Below, one piece after another: positions 48,346 to 58,226 of a stretch of DNA of 64,000 nucleotides. Numbering within the stretch: the first letter of the stretch is position 1; each line of letters starts with the position of its first letter. The position numbers and the translations under genes were made by a program. This stretch comes from an uncultured Actinomycetota bacterium (GTDB lineage Bacteria; Actinomycetota; Actinomycetes; S36-B12; UBA10799): contig CAVTCZ010000019.1 of the NCBI GenBank assembly GCA_963733395.1, positions 482,715 through 546,714 on the forward strand, written 5' to 3'. The notes under the pieces were generated by a model, which did no database searches, had not been told where the DNA came from, and saw only the letters and a program-made list of their open reading frames with translations.

Positions 48346-49629
48346 GTGAGCGAATTCGTCCTGAACGGGCCCGATGTGAGCCTGGAAACGCCGGTCGTGC
48401 CCGCCACCGACGGGGAGTCCGGAATCGACACCTCGAAACTGCTGGCCACGACCGGCCACGTGGCGCTGGATGGCGGTTTCGTCAACACCGCCGCCTGCAC
48501 GTCGGCCATCACCTACATCGACGGGAACGCCGGAATCCTGCGCTACCGCGGCTATCCGATCGAGCAACTGGCGAAGCAATCGAGTTACCTCGAGGCGTCG
48601 TACCTGCTCATCTACGGCGAACTCCCGACGGCCGCGGAACTCGAGGACTTCGACCAGCGGTTGCGGATGCACACGATCCTGCACGAGGACCTGCGCCGGT
48701 TCTTCGACGGTTTCCCGCGCGACGCCCATCCGATGCCGGTGCTGTCCAGCGCCGTCAGCGCCCTGTCGACGTTCTACCAGGACAGCCTGGACCCGTTCGA
48801 CGACGACGAGGTCGAGATCTCGACCTACCGCCTGTTGGCGAAGTTGCCGACCATCGCCGCGTACGCCTATCGGAAGTCCCTGGGGCAACCACTGCTGTAC
48901 CCGGACAACTCGCTGAACCTGGTCGAGGGATTCCTGCGGATGACGTTCGGCTGGCCGGCAGAGCCCTATGCGAGCGATCCGGTCGTCACCCGGGCGATGG
49001 ATCTGTTGCTTCTGCTGCACGCCGACCACGAGCAGAACTGCTCCACGTCCACGGTGCGCCTGGTCGGCTCCTCACATGCCAACCTGTTCGCATCGGTCTC
49101 GGCCGGGGTCAACGCACTGTTCGGACCGCTGCACGGCGGCGCCAACCAGGCGGTGCTGGAGATGCTCGAAGGCATCCGCGACTCCGACGGCTCGGTCGAC
49201 GACTTCATCACCCGGGTGAAGAACCGCGAGCCCGGGGTCAAGCTCATGGGATTCGGCCACCGGGTCTACAAGAACTACGACCCGCGTGCCGCCATCGTGC
49301 GACAGACCGCCGGCGAGGTGTTCGAGCACCTGAACGTCACCGATCCGTTGCTCGACATCGCGCTGCGCCTGGAGGAGGTGGCACTCGCCGACGACTTCTT
49401 CATCTCCCGCAAGCTGTACCCCAACGTGGACTTCTACACCGGCCTGATCTACCGGGCCATGGGTTTCCCCACCAAGATGTTCACGGTGCTGTTCGCCCTC
49501 GGCCGGCTGCCGGGCTGGATCGCCCAATGGCGGGAGATGATCAAGGACCCGCAGACCAAGATCGGGCGGCCGCGCCAGGTCTACATCGGGGCGACCGAGC
49601 GGGATTACCAGCCGATGGCGCAGCGCTGA
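48346..49629 (+). CDS. gltA: type II citrate synthase
   Basis: 427 aa. Contains LLLHADHEQNCSTSTVR, GPLHGGAN and GFGHRVYKNYDPRA. Confidence 0.93.
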   Translation: MSEFVLNGPDVSLETPVVPATDGESGIDTSKLLATTGHVALDGGFVNTAACTSAITYIDGNAGILRYRGYPIEQLAKQSSYLEASYLLIYGELPTAAELEDFDQRLRMHTILHEDLRRFFDGFPRDAHPMPVLSSAVSALSTFYQDSLDPFDDDEVEISTYRLLAKLPTIAAYAYRKSLGQPLLYPDNSLNLVEGFLRMTFGWPAEPYASDPVVTRAMDLLLLLHADHEQNCSTSTVRLVGSSHANLFASVSAGVNALFGPLHGGANQAVLEMLEGIRDSDGSVDDFITRVKNREPGVKLMGFGHRVYKNYDPRAAIVRQTAGEVFEHLNVTDPLLDIALRLEEVALADDFFISRKLYPNVDFYTGLIYRAMGFPTKMFTVLFALGRLPGWIAQWREMIKDPQTKIGRPRQVYIGATERDYQPMAQR

Positions 49630-50216
49630 TGGCTGTCGACTTCGCGATGAACGGCATGCTGCACCGGGCGTTGCTGCGCGAGTTGGACCGGGTGCAGGGG
49701 TTCGTGGCGGCCGGCGATCTGCAGCAGGCCCGCAAGCACTGGTGGTTCTTCTCCGACGCGCTGCACCAGCACCACGAGGGCGAGGACATGTTCCTCTTCC
49801 CGTTGGTGCGGGCACGATCCAGCGACACCTCCGAGATCACGACGATCGACGCGCTCGAGGCCGAGCACGAGCAGTTGCACGCGGCCCTCGACGCCTGTGA
49901 CGCGGACTTCCGCGGCGATGGGGCATTTCCGGACTCGACCGATGGCGACATCAACGCTCTGCGGTTGGTGCTCGCGGCCCACTGCGCCCACGAGGAGGCC
50001 GAAGGTGAGCCGCTGCTCGCCAAGTACCTCACCGACGAGGATCTGAAGCCCTTCAACGCGGCCAATCGCAAGGGGGAGCACGCCATGCTGATCTTCCCCT
50101 GGGTCGCCGACGGTGGTTCGGCCGCGGACCAGTCGGTCTACGACGTCCTGCCGGGCCCGGTGCGCCTTTTCCTCAAGCCGGTCATGCAGCGCAAGTACAA
50201 GGCCTACTTCCGCTGA
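49629..50216 (+). CDS. hemerythrin HHE cation-binding domain protein
   Basis: ATG 49629 overlaps the gltA stop (TGATG). His/Glu ligand pattern: HQHHEGEDMFLFP, EAEHEQLH, HCAHEEAEGE. Confidence 0.75.
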   Translation: MAVDFAMNGMLHRALLRELDRVQGFVAAGDLQQARKHWWFFSDALHQHHEGEDMFLFPLVRARSSDTSEITTIDALEAEHEQLHAALDACDADFRGDGAFPDSTDGDINALRLVLAAHCAHEEAEGEPLLAKYLTDEDLKPFNAANRKGEHAMLIFPWVADGGSAADQSVYDVLPGPVRLFLKPVMQRKYKAYFR

Positions 50217-50324
50217 CCCCCCCGCGGGGCAGATTGCGCAACAGGCAAGGGAATCGCCGCTTCTGCGATCTGCTCGTCGTCCGGGTGGTTGCGGCGCCTC
50301 GGGTCACCAACCGGCCCGAAGCGG

Positions 50325-51248
50325 CTAGTTCTTGTGCAGTTCCGCGTTGAGATCGCCCCAGGAGCCCGACCGTCGCACCGCTTCCAGGGCGCCGCTCACG
50401 GAGTTGCGGCGGAACAGCCAACCGGGCTGCCCCGACAGCTCGCGGGCCTTCACAAGGCTTCCGTCGGGGGTCGTGACCTTCGAACCGGCGGTGATGTAGC
50501 ACCCCGCCTCCACGATGCAGCCGTCACCCAGCGAGATGCCCACGCCGGCGTTGGCCCCGATCAGGCAGCCCTCACCGATGGAGATCACCTCGCTGCCGCC
50601 GCCGGACAGCGTGCCCATGATGGAGGCGCCGCCCCCCACGTCGGAACCGTCCCCGACCACCACGCCGGCGGAGATCCGCCCCTCGACCATGGACGCGCCC
50701 AGGGTGCCGGCGTTGAAGTTGCAGAAGCCCTCGTGCATGACGGTCGTGCCCTCGGCCAGGTGCGCACCCAGTCGGACCCGGTCGGCGTCGGCGATGCGGA
50801 CCCCCGAGGGGAGGACGTAGTCCACCATCCGGGGGAACTTGTCCACGCTGAGCACGGTGAGGTGCTGGCTGCGCGCCCGGGCCCGGGTGCGGGTCGCCTC
50901 CAGATCCGCGATCGCCACCGGGCCGGCCGTCGTCCAGGCGACGTTGGGGAGCAACCCGAAGACACCGTCGAGGTTGATCGTGCGCGGCCGGACCATGCGA
51001 AGTGACAGCAGGTGCAGGCGCAGGTAGACGTCGGCGGTGTCCGTCGGCGGCGCGGAGAGGTCGTCGATGATCGTCACCACGGTGTCCACCCGCACGCCGC
51101 GCACCTGGTCCCGGTCGATCGCGCCGGCCACATCGGGGGCGTCCAACGGCTGGGCGCTGAGGCTCGGGTGCGGGTACCACACGTCCAGGACGGTGTCCCC
51201 GGCGAGCGTGGCCAGACCGATCCCGCTGGCGGCGGAGTTGTTGAGCAT
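50325..51248 (-). CDS. dapD: tetrahydrodipicolinate N-succinyltransferase
   Basis: ATG 51248 is in frame with ORF 50325..51626. Left-handed beta-helix hexapeptide repeats and an actinobacterial long DapD N-terminal domain. Confidence 0.85.
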   Translation of the reverse strand: MLNNSAASGIGLATLAGDTVLDVWYPHPSLSAQPLDAPDVAGAIDRDQVRGVRVDTVVTIIDDLSAPPTDTADVYLRLHLLSLRMVRPRTINLDGVFGLLPNVAWTTAGPVAIADLEATRTRARARSQHLTVLSVDKFPRMVDYVLPSGVRIADADRVRLGAHLAEGTTVMHEGFCNFNAGTLGASMVEGRISAGVVVGDGSDVGGGASIMGTLSGGGSEVISIGEGCLIGANAGVGISLGDGCIVEAGCYITAGSKVTTPDGSLVKARELSGQPGWLFRRNSVSGALEAVRRSGSWGDLNAELHKN

Positions 51249-51341
51249 GCGCCTAGCGTGCCACGAGTCGCACGCGGCGGTGGCGAAGCCCGGCCCGGAC
51301 CTGCACGGCCGGGGTCCTGGTGTTCGGCGTATTGTGGCGTG

Positions 51342-52395
51342 ATGCTGGATCTTTCCGCGGACGTGGTCTCCCTCACCGCCGCGCTCGTCGATATCCCGAG
51401 CGAGTCGCGCCACGAACAGCGCATCGCAGACGCGGTCGAACAGGCGCTCCGCCCGCTGCAGCACCTGCGGGTGACCCGGTTCGGGAACACCGTGGTGGCG
51501 CAGACCGACCTCGGTCGCCCGGAGCGGGTGGTGCTCGGTGGGCACCTGGACACGGTGCCGGCCGCCGACAACCTGCCGCACCGCATCGAGGGTGAGAACT
51601 TGTACGGGCTCGGGTGCCAACGACATGAAGGGCGGGGTGGCGGTGGCATTGCGCTGCGCCCATGAACTGACCGAACCCGCCCGCGACGTGACCTACGTGT
51701 TCTACGAATGCGAGGAGATCGACGACGAGGCCAACGGGTTGCGCAAGCTGTCCGAGGCACACCCGGATCTCCTGACCGCCGACTTCGCCGTGCTCATGGA
51801 GCCCAGCGACGCCGGTGTGGAGGCGGGGTGTCAGGGCACGCTGCGGGCACACATCCGGACCTCCGGCGAGCGGGCACACAGCGCCCGGTCCTGGTTGGGC
51901 CGAAACGCCATCCACGCCGCGGCCGACATCCTCCATCGGCTCGACGAGTACGAACCGCGCAGTCCGCTGATCGACGGCCTGCAGTACCGGGAGGGGCTCA
52001 ACGCCGTGGGGATCGAAGGCGGTGTGGCCACCAACGTCATCCCCGATGCCTGCGTGGTCACGGTGAACTACCGGTATGCGCCCGACCGCACCCCGGCTGA
52101 GGCGCTGGCCCATGTGGCGGGCGTCTTCGACGGCTATCCGTTGCAGGTCGTGGACAACTCCCCGGGCGCCCTGCCCGGGCTCGGGCACCCGGCCGCCAAG
52201 GCCTTCCTGGAGGCCACCGGGGCGGTGCCGCGGCCCAAGTTCGGCTGGACCGACGTGTCCCGGTTCTCCGCACTGGGGGTGCCTGCCGTGAACTTCGGTC
52301 CGGGTGACCCGTCGCTGGCCCATACCCGTGGTGAGTATGTTCCCATCGAGCACCTGCAGCGGTGCGAGCGACAGATGCTGGAGTGGTTGCGTTGA
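51342..52395 (+). pseudogene. dapE: succinyl-diaminopimelate desuccinylase, single-base frameshift as sequenced
   Basis: The sequence reads ...GENLYGLG then an extra T at 51615 (GGG-t-GCC). Removing it gives [12 protein letters not shown], and the rest is the M20 peptidase ORF 51538..52395. Confidence 0.85.
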
Positions 52396-53360
52396 AGAGT
52401 GCATTGTTGGCCGTCGGAGCGGCCGGTCTGTGTGGGGCGGTGGCGGTTGCCGGTATCCAGCCGGTCCTGGGCAAGCCCAAGCCCAAGGCCACGTCCTGGG
52501 CACACCAGGGGCTCAGTGACATCCGCGGGGTCGACGTCTCCCGCTGGCAGCACATCGGCCCGGGCGTGCTCGACTTCCGGAAGCTGCAGAAGCGCGGCGT
52601 CCGTTTCGTGGTCATCAAGTCCGGCGACACGTCGTCATCGGCCCACGCGGAGGCGGGCTACTGGTACGGCCGCGACAAAGAGGCGGCGCGTCGAGCCGGA
52701 CTGCTGGTCGGGGCGTACTACTACGCGACACCCACGAGCGACTCCCGCCGGGTGGTGTCGGACGCGAAGTCCCAGGCACGCAAGGCGGCGCGACGGGTGG
52801 GCGGCCGGCTGCCGGCCGGACACCTGCCGCTCGCGCTCGACCTGGAGACCGACAGCACCCGGCTGGGCAAGGCCGACCTCACCCGCTGGGCGAAGACGTG
52901 GTTGCAGGTCGTCGAGAAGCGGACCGGGCGCACGCCGTGGTTCTACTCCTACACCCGCTACATGGAGCGCAAGCTCCTGGCCGACCCGGTTCTGCAGAGC
53001 TACCCCCTTTGGCACGCGAACTGGGGCCTGTTCCTCAAGGAACGGCCCATGCAGATCCGCGGCTGGCCGGCCAATCATGCCCGTATCTGGCAGTTCACGG
53101 ACTCCGGTCGCCTGCCCGGTTCGGGTTCGCGCTATCTGGATCTCAACGTCTACCGGGGCACCGGGGAGCAACTGCTCGCCGAGGCGGGACTGGGACCGGA
53201 GGACGCCCAGCGCTACGACCTGCCGCTGCGTCGTCCCGTTCCCTCCGCCAGCCCGTCGGTAAGCCCGTCAGCCGAGCCAGACCCCGACTCCTTCACCGAG
53301 TACGTCGGTGAGCCCCAGCCCGGTCGGTTGAGCCGCCCCGCTGTGTTCGCCCGCCGGTAA
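52392..53360 (+). CDS. secreted GH25 muramidase (lysozyme) with Pro/Ser-rich tail
   Basis: The TTG/GTG start overlaps the dapE stop. Signal peptide, then GVDVSRWQH...FVVIKSGD...YYYA...LDLE...IWQFT. Confidence 0.8.
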   Translation: MKSALLAVGAAGLCGAVAVAGIQPVLGKPKPKATSWAHQGLSDIRGVDVSRWQHIGPGVLDFRKLQKRGVRFVVIKSGDTSSSAHAEAGYWYGRDKEAARRAGLLVGAYYYATPTSDSRRVVSDAKSQARKAARRVGGRLPAGHLPLALDLETDSTRLGKADLTRWAKTWLQVVEKRTGRTPWFYSYTRYMERKLLADPVLQSYPLWHANWGLFLKERPMQIRGWPANHARIWQFTDSGRLPGSGSRYLDLNVYRGTGEQLLAEAGLGPEDAQRYDLPLRRPVPSASPSVSPSAEPDPDSFTEYVGEPQPGRLSRPAVFARR

Positions 53361-53406
53361 CCGGCATGTCGTCGGCAGTACGCCGGCATGCCCATACGGT
53401 GGCAGC

Positions 53407-54165
53407 ATGAACGACGCTTCCGAGACCTGGTACTCCCCGCCGACCCCGCAGCGCCACCGTGGACCGGTGGTGCTGCGCGGGGAACACGCCCGCGGTTCCA
53501 CGACCGATCAGCGACTACTGGACAGCCGGGCGGCCGGCGATTGGGTGCACACGGATCCGTGGCGGGTGCTGCGCATCCAGGCCGAGTTCGTGGAGGGTTT
53601 CGGCGCCATGGCCAATGTCGGTCCGGCCATCTCGGTGTTCGGCAGTGCCCGGACCCAGCGTGACCACCGGGAGTACGCGGCTGCCGAAGATGTCGGCGCC
53701 CGGCTCGTGGGCGCCGGCTACGCCGTGATCACCGGTGGCGGCCCGGGCATCATGGAGGCCGCCAACAAGGGTGCGTTCGAAGCCGGTGGCACGAGTGTCG
53801 GGCTCGGCATCGAGTTGCCGTTCGAGCAGGGCATCAACGAGTGGGTCGAGATCGGCGTGAACTTCCGGTACTTCTTCGCGCGCAAGACCTGCTTCGTCAA
53901 GTACAGCCACGGGTTCGTGGTGTTCCCCGGCGGGTTCGGGACGCTGGACGAGTTGTTCGAGGCCCTGACCCTGGTACAGACGCAGAAGGTCACCCGCTTC
54001 CCGATCGTGCTCGTGGGCACGTCGTATTGGGCGGGGCTGGTGGATTGGATCCGCAACACCTTGGCCGCGGAGGCCAAGATCGGGCTGGAGGACCACGAAC
54101 TGCTCCACCTCACCGACGACCCGGAGGACGTGGTCGACGTGATCCGCAGGGTGGACCAGGGCTGA
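53407..54165 (+). CDS. LOG-family (TIGR00730) nucleotide phosphoribohydrolase-like protein
   Basis: Contains GGGPGIMEAANKGA and PGGFGTLDELFE. Rv1205-like position. Confidence 0.88.
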   Translation: MNDASETWYSPPTPQRHRGPVVLRGEHARGSTTDQRLLDSRAAGDWVHTDPWRVLRIQAEFVEGFGAMANVGPAISVFGSARTQRDHREYAAAEDVGARLVGAGYAVITGGGPGIMEAANKGAFEAGGTSVGLGIELPFEQGINEWVEIGVNFRYFFARKTCFVKYSHGFVVFPGGFGTLDELFEALTLVQTQKVTRFPIVLVGTSYWAGLVDWIRNTLAAEAKIGLEDHELLHLTDDPEDVVDVIRRVDQG

Positions 54166-54168
54166 GCC

Positions 54169-55029
54169 CTAGGCGAGGCCGCGCCGGTTCACCTCCGGCT
54201 GGCGGGTACCCGCGATCGCCTGCACCATGTGCAGCACGTCGAACGTCTGCCGGACCTCGTGCACCCGGTAGACGCGGGCGCCGAGCCAGGCGGACACCGC
54301 GGTGGTCGCCAGCGTCCCCTCCAACCTCTCGCCGACGGGCCGGTCGAGGGTCTCGCCGATGAAGTCCTTGTTGCTCAGCGACACCAGCACCGGCCATCCC
54401 GTGGCCACCATCTCGGGCAGGCGGCGGGTGCACTCCAGCGAGTGCCGGGTGTTCTTGCCGAAGTCGTGGCCGGGGTCGATCAGGATGCTCGTGCGACTGA
54501 CCCCCAGACCCTCTGCCCGCCGCGCCTGGCCGAGCACGTCCGTCAGCACCGCCGCCATGACATCGGGGTACTGGACCCGGTGTGGCCGGGTGCGGGGGGT
54601 GAGCCCGCCGGCATGCGTGCAGACGAGTCCGACACCGGCCTCGGCGGCCACCTGTGCCAACTGCGGGTCGTGCCCGCCCCAGGCGTCGTTGAGCAGCGTC
54701 GCGCCCTCCGCGCACACGTCCCGGCCCACATCCGCGCGCCACGTGTCCACCGAGATGACCACCTGCGGGTGTCGGGACGCGACCTCGGCGACGAAGGACA
54801 CCACCCGCCGCTTCTCCTCCGCCGGGTCCACCACCTGCCCCGGTCCGGCCTTCACACCGCCGATGTCCACGATCTGAGCGCCTTCGGCGACCACCTGATC
54901 CACCCGGTCGAGGGCGGCGTCGTGGGCGTAGGTCGATCCCCGGTCGTAGAAGGAGTCCGGGGTGCGATTGATGATGGCCATCACCAACAACTCGTCATCG
55001 CTGAACTCATGGGGTCCGAACGTCAGCAC
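54169..55029 (-). CDS. folP: dihydropteroate synthase-family protein (FolP2-like position)
   Basis: GTG 55029 follows GGAGGAGGAG. Contains IINRTPDSFYD, DIGG, LNDAWGG and DPGHDFGK. Confidence 0.88.
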   Translation of the reverse strand: MLTFGPHEFSDDELLVMAIINRTPDSFYDRGSTYAHDAALDRVDQVVAEGAQIVDIGGVKAGPGQVVDPAEEKRRVVSFVAEVASRHPQVVISVDTWRADVGRDVCAEGATLLNDAWGGHDPQLAQVAAEAGVGLVCTHAGGLTPRTRPHRVQYPDVMAAVLTDVLGQARRAEGLGVSRTSILIDPGHDFGKNTRHSLECTRRLPEMVATGWPVLVSLSNKDFIGETLDRPVGERLEGTLATTAVSAWLGARVYRVHEVRQTFDVLHMVQAIAGTRQPEVNRRGLA

Positions 55030-55087
55030 TGGTGCTCCTCCTCCGAGATGCCAGACTGTCAGGTAATGCCCGTGTGCGCGAAGGGAG

Positions 55088-55440
55088 ATGTCGATGCCGG
55101 TGGTGTTCGGATTGCTCGCGCTGATCCTGATCGTCGCCTTTGCGCTGGTCCTGGCCGGGAAACTGCCCGCCGTCCCCCAGCCCACCCGGGACCGCTACAC
55201 CGCCCGGCTGCCGCGTCGCCGGGGCCCGCCGACATCGACCAGTTGCGGCTGCCGGTCGCCTTCCGGGGGTACCGCATGGACGACGTCGATGCGGCCCTGG
55301 CGGTGCTGCGGGACCGGATCGTCGTGCTGGAGGCTCAGACGGGGGCGCCTCCCGTCGAGCCTGCCACGCCCGGCATGACGACGGGTCCGGCGCCCGGGCA
55401 AGCGTCGCCCTTCGCTCCGCCGGAGCCCGACGATGGCTGA
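55088..55440 (+). pseudogene. membrane-anchored DivIVA-domain protein, one frameshift as sequenced
   Basis: The TM N-terminus (MSMPVVFGLLALILIVAFALVLAG...) is ORF 55088. The motif DIDQLRLPVAFRGYRMDDVDAAL continues in another frame, with the junction at 55195-55225. Confidence 0.7.
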
Positions 55441-55879
55441 ACGCAAGGCGCTGCAACTGACCGTCGACGTCCCCGCGGATCCGGTCGGGGTGTTCGCGGC
55501 GATGACGGACTGGGATCGGCAGCACGAGTGGATGCTGGGTACGCGTGTGCGCGCCGAGCGCAACGGCGGCCGCGGTACCGGTGGCGGGATCGCCGCGTTC
55601 ACCGGGATCGGCCCGCTCGGTTTCTGGGACACCATGACCATCACCCGCTGGGATGAACCCCGGGTCGTGGAGGTGGACCACACGGGCGAGTTGGTGCGAG
55701 GCATCGGGGTGTTCCGGGTGGAACGCGCCGGACCGGGTAGCCGGTTCGTGTGGCGCGAGGAGGTCGACCTGCCGCTGGGCCGGCTGGGCCAGTTGGGGTG
55801 GCTTGTCATCAAACCGTTGCTCGCCGCCGGGGTGGCGCTGTCGTTGCGTCGCTTCGCCCGCTTCGCCGTCCGCGGCTGA
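55433..55879 (+). CDS. SRPBCC (polyketide cyclase/START-like) family protein
   Basis: 148 aa with a general SRPBCC pattern. Its start overlaps the previous gene's end. Confidence 0.65.
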   Translation: MAERKALQLTVDVPADPVGVFAAMTDWDRQHEWMLGTRVRAERNGGRGTGGGIAAFTGIGPLGFWDTMTITRWDEPRVVEVDHTGELVRGIGVFRVERAGPGSRFVWREEVDLPLGRLGQLGWLVIKPLLAAGVALSLRRFARFAVRG

Positions 55880-56011
55880 GTCCTGATAGGTCCCGCGCGG
55901 TCTTGGCTGAGGCGGCACACGAAAGCCCCCGCAGCGGGATAGACTTGGCGCAAGCGTGGATGGTGAGAGCGCGCAGCAAGTGAGTTTCGTGATCGACGAA
56001 AGGGGACCGAT

Positions 56012-56176
56012 ATGGCGGCCATGAAGCCGCGGACGGGCGACGGCCCGATGGAGGTCACCAAGGAGGGACGCGGCTACGTGATGCGGGTCCCCCTCGAGGG
56101 TGGTGGCCGACTCGTCGTGGAGATCTCCCGCGAGGAGGCCGAAGAACTCGGCGGTCTCCTGCAGAGCATCGAGTAA
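56012..56176 (+). CDS. DUF3117 small conserved actinobacterial protein
   Basis: 54-aa ORF below the ORF-track cutoff: MAAMKPRTGDGPMEVTKEGRGYVMRVPLEGGGRLVVEISREEAEELGGLLQSIE*. It is followed by a strong hairpin. Confidence 0.8.
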   Translation: MAAMKPRTGDGPMEVTKEGRGYVMRVPLEGGGRLVVEISREEAEELGGLLQSIE

Positions 56177-56190
56177 CCCCCCAGGACCGT

Positions 56191-56229
56191 GGCTACGGGC
56201 CCCCCGGTGAGACCGGAGGGCCCGTAGTC
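56191..56229 (+). terminator. hairpin terminator candidate after the DUF3117 gene
   Basis: Outer stem ctacgggccc / gggcccgtag (10 bp) plus inner ccgg/ccgg, with loop tgaga. Confidence 0.55.
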
Positions 56230-56267
56230 GCGTCCGGGCAGGGACCTGCGGGCCGTCGGCCGCTAGG

Positions 56268-57596
56268 TTGAACTGCGTGGATGTGAAACGGGGGAGCGTT
56301 CGGACTGCCGGCCAGATCGTCATCCTGGGCGTGGATGACATGGTCCTGCCCGAGGCCATCACAGCGCCGCCCGGGGACGTCCTGCTGCAGGCCGACGGCC
56401 CCGCACACTGGCTGGCGGTCGGGCTGCAGCCGAAGGATTGGGCCGCCTTCGGGGCGGCCGTGGTGCGCAGGGTCCCTGCCGGCAATGTGCGTTTCCGGAC
56501 TGTGCCCGGGGCCCAGCAACTGCGTGCGTTCGTCCGCGGCTGGCGGCTCGGGGGCTTCCGCCAGGGGGTCGCCGTCAAGGACCGGCGGGTTCTGGTCCTG
56601 CCCCCCGAGGCCCCCGACATCGACGCCATCCTGGCGCAGACCGACGCGACGCTGGCCGCGCGGGTACTGGTCAACACACCGTCCAACACGAAGAACCCCG
56701 CCTGGATGGTCCAACAGGCTCGTGTGGTCGCCCGCCGCACCGGCGCGGACATCGAAGTGCTCGGACCGCGGGCCCTGCGTGCCGGCGGCTTCGGGGGAGT
56801 GCTGGCTGTCGGGGCCGGTTCCAGCTCACCGCCGCGGGTCGCGATTCTGCACAGACCTGGCAACGGCCCCCGGGTCGCGCTGGTGGGCAAGGGGATCACC
56901 TTCGACTCCGGCGGCCTCTCGCTCAAACCCCGCGACGCGATGATGCTCATGAAGTCGGACATGGCCGGCGCGGCCGCCGTGCTATCGGCCCTGCCGTTGG
57001 CTCCTGCCGGTCTCGACGTGACCGTCCTGCTCGGATTCGCCGAGAACGCCATCGGGGCCGGCTCGTACCGTCCCGGCGACGTCATCACGCACGTGGACGG
57101 ACGGACCTCCGAGGTGCGCAACACCGATGCCGAAGGGCGGCTGGTGCTCGCGGACCTGCTTGCCCACGCCAGGCTGCATCTGGCCCCGGACGTGATGGTC
57201 GACCTCGCGACGCTGACCGGCGCCGCCACCCTGGCCCTGTCGCGGGAGATGGGTGCCCTGTACGCCACGACCGACCGACTGCTGCGTTCGCTGCGTGCGG
57301 CCGGGTCGGCGGCCGGGGAGGGGTTGTGGCCGATGCCCCTGGTCGAGTCGTACCGGTCCGCGCTGCGCTCGGACATCGCCGATCAGTGCCATATCCCTGT
57401 CGATCCGACGGTCGGGGCCGGCTCGATCACGGCCGCCCTGTTCCTGCAGCCCTTCGCCGGGGACGTGCCCTGGGCCCATCTGGACATCGCCGGACCTGCG
57501 CGAGCCACGGCGAGCGCAGGTCTGCGAACGGTGGGCGGTACCGGCTTCGGCGCTGCTCTGCTGGGAGCGTGGATGGCCGCCGGGGCCCGGTTCTGA
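56268..57596 (+). CDS. pepA: M17 leucyl aminopeptidase
   Basis: Contains GKGITFDSGG, NTDAEGRLVLAD and the C-terminal catalytic domain. The start is uncertain (TTG 56268 or GTG 56277). Confidence 0.88.
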   Translation: MNCVDVKRGSVRTAGQIVILGVDDMVLPEAITAPPGDVLLQADGPAHWLAVGLQPKDWAAFGAAVVRRVPAGNVRFRTVPGAQQLRAFVRGWRLGGFRQGVAVKDRRVLVLPPEAPDIDAILAQTDATLAARVLVNTPSNTKNPAWMVQQARVVARRTGADIEVLGPRALRAGGFGGVLAVGAGSSSPPRVAILHRPGNGPRVALVGKGITFDSGGLSLKPRDAMMLMKSDMAGAAAVLSALPLAPAGLDVTVLLGFAENAIGAGSYRPGDVITHVDGRTSEVRNTDAEGRLVLADLLAHARLHLAPDVMVDLATLTGAATLALSREMGALYATTDRLLRSLRAAGSAAGEGLWPMPLVESYRSALRSDIADQCHIPVDPTVGAGSITAALFLQPFAGDVPWAHLDIAGPARATASAGLRTVGGTGFGAALLGAWMAAGARF

Positions 57597-57608
57597 CGGG
57601 TCTGCCGC

Positions 57609-58226
57609 TCAGGGGTGCAGGACGGCGACCAGCACGCCGTCTGCCAGGGGCAGCAACGTCGTCAGCCAGCGCTCGTCGCTCTGCATCGCTTCGGTGAACT
57701 GCCGCACCGACAACTGCTCGGGTTCGCGGCGAGCCGGATCGGCGGCATCGGCGACGTCGAGGAATACGGCGATGCCGCCGGGCCGCAGCAGCCGGGCCGC
57801 CTGCTCGGTGAAGGCGCCGTGGTCCGCGGGCTTCCCGGCTGAGAGGAACAGATCGTAGTGGCCGTCGGTCAGTCTGCTGAGCACCTCGTGCGGGTCTGCG
57901 GCGATCAGCCGCGTGCGCGCGTGCGGGATCTCGGCGGCCACAAAGGCCTCCTTCGCGACCCGCAGGCGCTCCGGGTCCGGTTCCACAGAGGTGAGCACAC
58001 CGTCGTCTGCCATGCCCTCGAACAGTGCCAGGCCGGTGGCGCCGCTGTGCGAGCCCACCTCCACAGCGGCGTGCGCGTCGGTGAGGGCCGCGCACAGCGA
58101 GAGCAGGCGTAGCACGCTGGCGGCGATGTCGCGGGGGGTGTTTTCGGCTCCCGAAAGCGCAGTGTTCCAGTTCTCGCAGAAGGCCGACAGATCCTTCGGG
58201 GTCACGGCGGAGGAGGTGGCGTCCAT
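57609..58226 (-). CDS. class I SAM-dependent O-methyltransferase
   Basis: ATG 58226 is in frame with ORF 57609..58697. Contains VEVGSHSGATGLAL and YDLFLSAGKP. Rv1220c-like position. Confidence 0.8.
   Translation of the reverse strand: MDATSSAVTPKDLSAFCENWNTALSGAENTPRDIAASVLRLLSLCAALTDAHAAVEVGSHSGATGLALFEGMADDGVLTSVEPDPERLRVAKEAFVAAEIPHARTRLIAADPHEVLSRLTDGHYDLFLSAGKPADHGAFTEQAARLLRPGGIAVFLDVADAADPARREPEQLSVRQFTEAMQSDERWLTTLLPLADGVLVAVLHP

Noticed and set aside
55007-57376. 789-aa ORF on the minus strand
   Set aside because: It is antisense to the DivIVA-like, SRPBCC, DUF3117 and pepA genes. The composition is Arg/Pro/Ala-rich and non-coding in character. This is a typical high-GC shadow ORF.
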